59,159 nt of DNA from assembly GCA_051294375.1 (NCBI GenBank), contig CM119266.1:15726468-15785626 (forward strand), read 5' to 3'. The translations under genes and the position numbers were made by a program. Shown in pieces: positions 36,440 through 46,353 of this stretch; position 1 is the stretch's first letter, and every line of letters starts with the position of its first letter. The notes under the pieces are model-generated. The model saw nothing but the letters and a program-made list of their open reading frames with translations. It searched no databases and had not been told where the DNA came from. The stretch comes from Paraspadella gotoi. Its lineage: Eukaryota > Animalia > Chaetognatha.

Positions 36440-39400
36440 TTAAGGCCGCTGAGTCCTGTCACGCGGCGTCAGCGGCAGCGACGGCGCCGGAGGCATCGTC
36501 GCAGCCATAAATCGCGCCTGATCCAATTCAGCCTCCGCCCGGCGAAAGCTCTCGAAGGCTGAGACGGTGGCGGCGACGCTCGGACCGCCGACATCCGCCG
36601 CGTGATCGCGCCTAAAATCCCGAGAGTTCGAACTGAAGGACTCGACGGCCGGAGACGTCGTCGCCGCCGTCGTCGTCGCCGCCGTCGTCGTCGCCGTCGC
36701 TGCTCTCGACGAAATTCTCGCCCCACGTAATCTGTCTCTTGAAGTCGCGTCTCTGGTAGTCGATTGCTCGCTCGCGTCGTTGGTGATCTGACGAACGCTC
36801 CTCAACTCGTCTCTTAACGACTTCAGCAAGTCTGTCATGTCGTCCGTGGGGATTCCCTGATCCGCGGACCCGAAGGAGCCCCTCGTCGCGTTTTTACTGG
36901 AATTCTGAATCTTTAACGGGAAAAATAGGACCAGTCACTAACGTTGACCCGTTTTCAATTAATTATTTTAAAATTAAAAAAAAAAATTATTGCTAAATAC
37001 TACACACTGCGGCACAAAAAAAAGTAGCCACTTGTTAGCTTCAAATACGCCGCTATTTCTTTTTTAATACAAAAATAATTGTTATGGAAATTATAGCTCA
37101 TTCAAATTGGTTTAGGCAGTAGAATAAAGTCACAATATTAAAACGGAATTATGGAAAAAGCTATTTCCTTCGGTTAACGTTTGCTACAGATGACACTTTT
37201 TTCTCTGACATATGCTAACGATGTAGAAATGATATAATGATAATAAAATTAAACACATGAGTAATAAATTTGCTTACTTTTCTATTAAAAAAAATCAATT
37301 TCTGCCAAAAATAATATTTTAATAATAAATCATAAAAATTTTTTTTTCATAGTTATGTTTAAATCAAAAAGTTATTCTTTGACAAAATATATATAATTTA
37401 GTTTTATTATAATTGTAAGTAATAATTCCTTGCATACGAGATGCCCTAAAAAAAAACTTGGATGTGAAAAAGTAACCTTGGGTAAGTTATCACTGAACTG
37501 CTTTTTCCTTACTTTTAAAAGATTGTTTTTAAGTAGTTCCTCCACTGGATTTAATTTTATTTAGGTTAACACTTATCCATACAGATATCACGGAATTTAT
37601 TCGGCCAATTCAATATCATAAACTTTTATTATTAAGTTATGGACTCTTCTTCATTAAAACTGCTTTTTTCTCGGCAGATTTTTTGTAACAATTATATTTG
37701 ACGTCTTGCTTTACACCATTTCAATGGAACTTGGACCAATCGCTTCATTTTTAAATATGCTCTGTTTTCTGTTTCTACATCTTCATAAAATTCTGCCATC
37801 TAATGCGGTTTTTTTCCGGTATGAAATAAGTGGCCGCAGTGTAGATTTTTCACAAGTTTTCGCTAAATCCCACTGACCGTATTGGCGCGAGCCGAGAGGT
37901 CGTCGTCGTCGATCCCCAACTCCTTCAACTCTCTCGTCAACCTCTCCAACGACTCGGCGTTGAAGCTCCGTGTATCCTCAATCGTCAAGTGGTTCGTCAC
38001 CAAATGATTCGGCAACCCTGACAAAAATGAATCATGGTAACCGTAACGTCCATTTGGCCTTTAATATTCTTTAATAAAGTCTTCAAAAACTGACCAGATT
38101 CGTCACTCATCCCGACGGTAAAGAGAAGCCGCTCTTCCCAGGCGAGAATGACGAGCTGAAGTGCGTATCGACCCTGGATGCTGTTGGGGAGATGCGCGTA
38201 CATGCAAGCAAAGTCCACGTGAAAGGGCGTGCCGGGTCGCTCGTTGAACGGTCCTGGGGTTGAAAAAGCAAAAAATGGCAAAAAAGCGATGAGGTAATTG
38301 AATGACATATAACAGTACCAACATTTAGGACATTTATATTCTGTCTTCCTATTTTCCTTTCTCCTTTATTCAGTCCCCTCCCACCTTGAAGCCCCCCTTC
38401 TGAGGGAAACTTAAACTCGAGGACGATGGCCTGATCCCGCGTTCCGTTCATCTTCTGCATCGCGAGGCCATAGTTAAAAATTCCGTCTGGGGTGACGCTC
38501 GGAAGCCGGCCCATGGGCGTCTTGCAGAGTGGGCAACGGAATCTATACAGAGAATGAAGGGGTTCATTTTTTCCCCAGTTATAATACCATGAAATTATCA
38601 GTGTATCTGATTTCAATCTTTCCCCACCTGGTTTTGATGTTATCGTTCGTCGACTCCGCGACTTGCATCGCTTCCAAGCAACGCCGGTGGAAGCAGTGAC
38701 CGCATTTGAGAAAGCGGACCACAACGACCGCGGCGGCAGCGGCGATGGCGGCCGTGGCGGTGGCGCTGAAGACGGGAACGTCGTCGTCGGCGTCAAACGG
38801 TCGTGAAAAGAGGCCGAGGCAAATCGAGCACCTAACAGGAAGGGGTGACGACGACGATTATGTCGAAGAAGTAGACCGCGACTAATTTCGCTGTCGATCC
38901 TAATTTCTAACTTGTCATCGAGGTCATCCGGGTTCTCGACGACGCTGGTGTAGTGCTCTATGATCCACGAACCAGGAACCTGAAGACAAGTATAGTTTTC
39001 GCAATACGAGTACGAAATTTCGTCAATGAAATATATTTTTAAAAAAAGTAGTTTAATTTCTTTACATTGATCGAAAAGTATGTCCCAAGACCAAAAACAA
39101 TCTAAAAAACTTTCAGAGAAAACATTTCCTCCCTTACCGTCGTCGAAAACTTAAAAACGGAAATAGTTGTTGTCGCTATTCCAATTTTTTTTACCTAATC
39201 ATTTTTAAAAAAAGCTACATCGTCAAAGTGACAAGTCTTGTTTTATGATTTATTGTTCAATGTTCATACGTATCTAGCGAGCGATACAAGTTCAATCGAC
39301 CTCTCAAAGAAAGGAGCTTCCTAATGACGCATTCGTCGCGTAAATAAACAAGCTTACTTTCACACTTTAGCATCGACTCGTAGGATCGCAGGAGTTCGTC

Positions 39401-42289
39401 CGTTTTTTTTTTCGCGAAATAAATTAATTCGCGAATTCGGACGAAAATGCCCCGGCGACGGGATTCGGACGACGACGACGACCCCGTTAACTATAAGGTC
39501 GCCAGGAACGTCAGCGCCAACAAGTCAAACAACGGATGCGGGAAACGTAACAGTGAGTTCGTGGGGATTTGGGATGATTTTTGTTTGTCCAAAAGGTCAC
39601 TAACGAGAACGCTTTCATTTTCGCAGAGTGCCGCAAGCCTCTGAGGCCGCCCTGTCCCAAGCCGAAACCGTGCCCAAAACCAAAACGTAAGTTAACGATA
39701 CCGAAAGTTCGAATGTGTTGGAATAAAGATTAGATAATACTCGCTCTCAATTTTTAGCGCCCCCTTGCCGTGAACGCTCGTGCAAGCCATTGCCTCGGAA
39801 GCGCAAAGGCCGATGCAAAAAGAAGAAGCCCGACTTTTGCCTCAAGTTCAAGAAGAAGAGGTCTCGCTCCAGGAGCAAGTGCGGAAAGAAACGCTCCCGC
39901 TCCCGCTCCAAGAGCAAGTGCGGAAAGAAACGAAAGCGCTCCCGCTCCAAGAGCAAGTGCAAAAAGAAGCGGAGGCGTTCTCGCTCCAAGTGCGGCAAGA
40001 AGCGATCGAAGAGCAAGTGCGGCAAGAAGCGGTCTCGTTCAAGAAGCAAGTGCCCCAAAAAGAAGAAGCCAAAATGTGGTTAGCACCTGTGATTTTTTTT
40101 TTTTAATTTTTGATTCTTTATTAATTAAATATTTTTGATTTTTAATATTTTTAAAGGCTGCTGAGATCTTCGATGGCGAAAAGATAACTGCAGCTCAAAA
40201 GGACGATGCAGATTTCGACGAAAACTTTTAAGGGGAGCTGCTTATTTATGTGCTTATTTACGTTCTTGCAGGAGGGTATAATAATTTTTTTTTTTAAATA
40301 TGAAGATATTTTTGATATTAATCAATCAATCATAGACAATCTAATTCATAAAGGTTAACATGAATTAAACAAGTAAACCAGTCTAAAAAAAGTTATTTGT
40401 TCAATTAGAATTTTAGCGATAGCATAAACAACAACTAAACGCGTTTTTGTACAAAAAAAAGTTAAAATTAATTAGAATGGCTAAAGGATATCTTGAAGCC
40501 AAATTATATCCATCGCGATTCGAATTCTATGTTCAAACTTTTATTGGCAATCGAACTTTTACAAACTAGTCAAGTGCCATTACGACATATCTAATAATGC
40601 CTGAGAATGATAAGATTTTAATTTACGAAATTTAATTGGTTAATATATTGTTGTTCAGCTTTTACTTTTGAAAAAATTTAACATAAATATATTTATTTTT
40701 TTTTTTGCTAAACCAAGATTTTCGAGTAAAAACTAATTTTTCAATTTGTACAACCATTTTTTGCTTTCAGTAAACCTAGATTTTTAAGTAAAGACTGTTT
40801 ATAAAAAGAAAATTCTGAGATGCAATGACGTGATAGCACGTCTCGACTAAGATGTCGTGCATCACACTATAGTCAAAAATACAGAGTTTTAAAAAAAAAT
40901 AAACAAAAAGAGTTGGAGCAAAAACCATTTGACAAAATATTTCAAAAAAAATATTTTTTGGTAAGAGAGGAAAAGTAGGAGAAAATTACAAGAGGGATTA
41001 TGAAAATATTTTTTTTATTCAAGTTATTTAGGATTAATCATTAAAAAACTTTTTTCTTATGATGTAATCCTGAGTTGAATACGTATCATTGATAAATAGT
41101 TATCCTCACCTTTCCATTTTCATCCGTCGGCGGATAATGCGGCGGCAGTTGAGGCACTTCAACCTTCTCCGCTAAATAGGGCGCCGTGTATTGAGGCGCC
41201 AGTTTCCATCCGGGCGGCGGCGGCGCCAATGAGCCGAGATGGCGTGGCGGCGGATTCCAAATGACCTCTAGGTCGTCGTCAATGTCATCCCCGTCAACGC
41301 CGACGCCGCTGGCCCTAGCGTCGTCGTTGCTGTCCATGGTGTCCACTAGGATGTCTCTGTCAGCCATCACCGCCCACGCCGCCGCCGCCGCCAGCGAATC
41401 AGTTAGCGCGACTTCCAACAACGCTGCCTCCGCGGTGGTATAGACCGTGGCCGCGGAGACGTCCGGCAACCTTCTTGCCGCCGGCAATGACGAACCCTCG
41501 ACGAAGGGCGGCGGCGCCGTGGAATTCTCGTCGGTCGGGATCTGATCCGTCGCCGGAGGCGCGACGGAACCGAGGACGCCCTCGTCGTCGTTTACGTCAT
41601 CGTCGTCGTCGTNNNNNNNNNNGTCGTCGGTAAAACCGTTCATAAGGAGAAATTTAGCAAATTTCTTAATCACCGTTGACGTCGGCGTCAGCGGCGCCGC
41701 AGGAGACGCGGCGTCGACCGCCTCCAATTCTTCGCCGACCCAAACTCCTTCGTTCGTCTCGGACGAAGCGGAGTCGTTCGAATTTTCAGACACGGATTCC
41801 GGTACGCGTCGATGGCGCGACACGAATCGCAGGAATTCCGAGATCAATTCGCGGGACGGGCGCGGAGACGACGCTGGCTGCTGCGACGTCGACGCCGGCG
41901 GCATCGGCGCTGCGACGCTGACTTGCGCCGTCGGAAGTCTCTCCTTCACTTCGCGTATCACTGAATCGAATGTAACCAAAAGCGGGGAGGTTGAAAGGAG
42001 TCTCTCACGATGGCTAACTCAAGTTCTCACCGGCCGTCAAGGTGGAGAAATTCATTCGACCGCCTGAGGAAAAAAAAATAAAGGTGATTCCATCTAGTGA
42101 CTGGAAAATCGAAGCGTCAACGAAAAGTGACAAACCAATCACCGATCACGATCGTTCTCTCTTCCTCTTTCTCTTCCTCTTCATCATCTTCCCTTTCTTT
42201 GTCGTTGCCTAACAAGGGACCATTGCTGCATTGCCTAATGATTTTATGATTTTATTTTACTCTTTAGCATCGGTACCTGCATTTTCCAT
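36440..42289 (-). CDS. Deltex-family (DTX3-like, WWE-less) RING-H2 + DTC E3 ubiquitin ligase, paralog B. Exons 42277-42289, 42143-42208, 42031-42063, 41110-41960, 38912-38979, 38628-38831, 38385-38542, 38095-38253, 37878-38017, 36440-36910 (~720 aa)
   Basis: RING-H2 CSIC...CGHCFHRRC...FRCPLC and DTC GGLQGPFNERPGTPF...AHLPNSIQGRYALQLVILAWEERLLFTVG...LTRELKELGI. It shares PPPPGWKLAPxYxAPYLAEK and 13-, 33- and 68-nt exons with paralog A. One 10-N gap lies inside exon 4. Confidence 0.8.
37005..37841. mobile_element. Putative non-autonomous Tc1/mariner-type element (~840 bp) in the last intron of Deltex-like B
   Basis: Left end is cactgcggcacaaaaaaaagtagccactt. Right end is aagtggccgcagtg followed by TA, i.e. 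the reverse complement of the left end with an internal deletion. The interior is AT-rich and non-coding; the left TA TSD is imperfect. Confidence 0.45.
39447..40164 (+). CDS. Cys/Lys/Arg/Ser-rich basic protein, protamine-like/sperm nuclear basic protein candidate, ~164 aa. Exons 39447-39552, 39627-39686, 39758-40078 (+40157-40164, or stop at 40083 if unspliced)
   Basis: gtgagt/gtaagt donors with phase-1 introns in frame. Product MPRRRDSDDDDD...CPKPKPCPKPKPPPC...KKKRSRSRSKCGKKRSRSRSKSKCGKKRKRSRSKSKC...PKCG(C) carries repeated SKCGKKRSRSR units and 15-16 Cys. Lies wholly inside intron 38980-41109 of Deltex-like B on the opposite strand. Confidence 0.75.
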
Positions 42290-42618
42290 GACTTCAGGGG
42301 TAAGAAAATAAATAAATCTACATATATAAAAAAAATAAATAAAATAATTAGGAAAAAATGCGGTTTATTCTAATAACGACGCTACGATAACGATTTAAAT
42401 TATACATTAAGTGCAAAATTCGTCTATAGGTAATGTTGTATTATTCCTATAATGGTATGACGTGGGGAATGGTTAGGGATTTTGGCGAAATGTCAAATTC
42501 AAATCCTATGGCAAATTCAGTGACTTACCTCAACCGGAGAGACAGAGAACGAGAAGAGAACGAAAGAAAAAAAAGAAGGAAAGAAGGAAAGAAAGAATAA
42601 AAAGAGAAAAAAGAAAAA

Positions 42619-42694
<76 letters not shown>

Positions 42695-43100
42695 AACTGA
42701 CAGAGAAAGAAATATGTAAAAGTTGTATTCTGTACCCGTCAGACCCCACAGACCGACACAATAGAGAAAAAAGCGCGGCGCGCGCGGGGGCAAAAAATGG
42801 GGTATTTTGTATAAAAAGTTAAGTACCTAATCTTTTTCACGGTCCCACCGCGGGTCTTAAACGTTCACCTTCCGTCCGAGCCGCCGGCGTTGTTATGCAA
42901 AGTAAAGGCCACGACGTCGCGAAATTGAATTCGGAAAGTGGAAGAGATGAAAGAGGGAGATAGAGACAGAGAGGGGGGGAGAGAGATAAAGGCGCCGAGG
43001 AAGAGAGAGAGAGAGAGCGAGAGAGTGAAAGAAGAGGGAGTTTGTGAGGTAGGATGAGCAAAGGGATGAGCGATTGTGAAAGAAATAAGAGCTCTAGAGA

Positions 43101-43147
<47 letters not shown>

Positions 43148-43535
43148 AGATAGAGAGAGTTTAAAGTTGGGAGAAAGAAAAAGGCACACAAAAGAAGAAA
43201 GCTCGAAAGGAAGAGGGAAAGTGGAAAGAAAATGAGGAATTTATAAAAGAAAATATAAAATATAACGTCTTACCAATTTCGGCGGAATGTTGCAAACGAT
43301 ACGTAAGAATGGCCCTAAAGTTAGTCAATTATAATTAATATAAACTTATCAAACTTTTTGGTAGTTCTCCAACGTGGTTATCACTCCCTCCAGCACTTGG
43401 TCGCACTTCCAAAGCGATAAAAGAAATTATACAGAATCTAATCACTCTCGTTTTTTTTTCAGTGGGTTTGCCAAGGAGTCGATTGAGTTCAGGTTCTTGG
43501 TGCTGCGGGTGCAGCGGTCTTGGGTGCTGAGAGAG

Positions 43536-43611
<76 letters not shown>

Positions 43612-43712
43612 ATAAAATATCTGGGACGAAGAAGTAACGCCGATCCTCCCACTTTTCCCTCCCCTAATAAAGGGGTCTGAAGAAGCGTTGAAAAGCGAGA
43701 CAGAAAGCGAGA

Positions 43713-43792
<80 letters not shown>

Positions 43793-46353
43793 GGAGGCGT
43801 CCTCGGAGGAAGAGGCGGAGTTTTCGGGGCCAATAGGTTTGAATGGGGATCAGGAGATTGGGGTCAAACTTTGGAGTCGAAGCAGAAATGAAAGGTAAGG
43901 AGAAAATTATAATGGAAATAAAAAGCTTGAAAAAGATGGATGAGAGAGGTCGTTGGATTGAGGGTGGGAGGTGGGATGATTTGAACACCGGGTAGTGGGA
44001 TACACTGAGAGAAAGGTTGTAGGGAGGCGTCGAAGCAAAAGGCGATTGGACCGAAGAATAATTGAAGGCTGAAAATAGCGAATGGAGCCTTTTTAACCAG
44101 TCTCGAATCGTTAAGTGCTGCACTTTGGTTACTCAAAGTTAAATTCTACCTATTGCTATACAAAACTGTTGAGACGAATCCTTACAATATAAAGCACGTG
44201 AAATACCAAATATTTGAAAATCTTTGATCTATCAGAATCTAGATTTCTTCGATTCGCTCCCTGCAAGAGAAAAAGTAAAAGAATTAAAGCAGTTTTCATC
44301 TGGTACGTACATCACTTTATTAATATCCATATTATGTATTACTAATATTTCAATGCACTAGGAGGTGTTCTACAGTAAATTTCGTCGTATATGAAGTGAA
44401 TCGGTGACAATTTTTCGACATTATTTTTCTGTAGCGACAAAATGGGAGAATATTTTTGTTTTGGAAGTCAAACAATAAAAGATTTAAAAACAAAAAACAA
44501 AATGATCTAAAAAAGAAAATAATCGAGAATCGGAAAGAGTCGGACTTTCGGAAAAGAAAATCAAATCACACTATCACCCCTGTGTAGGAATATAAAGAGA
44601 AAAAAAAATTGATTGGGCGTACAGTTAAAATCGATGCAATATTTTTTGTTTCAATTTCTAATAATACTAGTTTATGGTACAAGTTGGCAAGAACTGAAGC
44701 AGCTGTGAGCGAGCAATGCTTGGTGAGAAACCAAGGATCTATCCGCTTCCAATTGGATTCATAGTTACGTTAATTACATGAAAAAAAGCGGCAATCACGA
44801 ATTCGTTCTCGAACCTTCTCCAATATTCCAAATATATATTGTACATATTATTTACAAAGGAATGTATACAATAAAGTTTGAATCGCTAGGTAATATTTAT
44901 TTTTAGTTTTGTTCTATTCAGCTAGTTATTTTTTTAAATACTATTTTCTAATACATTCAGTTATTTTTCCGAAAGATTGCATAGGAAAATAAAGTATACC
45001 ATCTAAAGATAAAACCCGCAGCATTTTTTTTCTGAATTAATTACTTTTTTTAAACATAGGGCGAACACACTTCGAACACAAATTCTTGAGAATCTCTTCA
45101 AAGCGAGAGAGAGAGAAGTTCGAAATTTAAAAAATTATAGCGAGAAAAATAAATAGCAAAGTCGGTGGCAATAACGTTGGCATAAAGTAACGAAGTCAAA
45201 CTAAAAATTAAACAGTGAAGTCTAGCTAAAATAAAATTTACAAAATGAGTATAGCGCAGGTAAGAACCCAGGAGGACGCGTCGAGAAACCAGGAGAAAAA
45301 TGCTCGGGCGAGTCCCAGGATTTTTTTAAGGGTAAGTTGCTAAGCAACGGCTACGATTAGTTTACATACATATAAAGGAAAAAAAAAATACAAGAAATAT
45401 GAAACCGAAAAAAAATAAAGAATGCCTCGTGGCGTGTATCGTCTTTGGTAAAAGTGGCTGCTTCTTTGTGCAGCGAAATTTGTGATTCGTGTCGAAGGAA
45501 TTTGTATGTTTATATATTTATAGATTTACAAGATTAGAACGGGAATTATTGCCTAAGTAAAAAGGGAATGAGACCAAAAAAAAAAAAAAAACCCATAGAA
45601 ACAAAAGGATCGATCTCTTCCGCGACTAGATTTTTCACTCTCCCAAACCGGCGGGCGTCAAGCTCCGCCAGAAAGTCAGTTTTTAAAGCAACATATTGTC
45701 AACATTTAGTCCGGGGATGCACGAAACTGAGTTGATTAAAATATTATGTCTTAAGAGTATTTATTCATGTAACGACAATTAACCCTGACGAAATTTTTCA
45801 AAACGAAAATACAGAATAAAAAAAAGGGACGAGAAAAAAGTGTTACGAGAAGAATAATTAAATGTTTTTGACTTAGATACGAGCAGAGAAAGAAAATCTA
45901 AAAAAAAAAAACCTAAACAAAATGAAATAAAATAAAGATACATTCATGGTTCTTCTTTTGACAAAAGAAGGCAAGATGATTGGCCGAGAATTCATGGTAT
46001 TTATCGCAAGCAACAATATCTCGTAGCGTAGAAAGGGGAGTGGGGAAAGGGGAGTGGGGAAAGCTTGAGTGACATTACATAGTCTGCGAAAGTTTTCACT
46101 TCGGCAACGAAATCAAGCGCTCATTTTCCTTCACAAATACATACCGCCGTTCACTCAACTTTGCAACAATATATATTCGTGAATTTATGCGCGTAAATGT
46201 ATTGTAATTAATATAAATAAAATAAAAGAGGATTGTCGTGTATCGTTAGCGGTGAGAATTTTTTTTTTTTTCGCTTTCGTGATGAGAAAGGATCTTCATA
46301 AATAACTTTTTGTCATCGTCTTCGTTTTCGTCGTCGTTGTCCTCGCCGCAGAC

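Noticed and set aside
44200-46353. miR-8/miR-200 seed sites expected in a ZEB 3'UTR
   Set aside because: No AATACTG or AACACTG found on the + strand by eye; a computational scan would be needed to exclude weaker sites.
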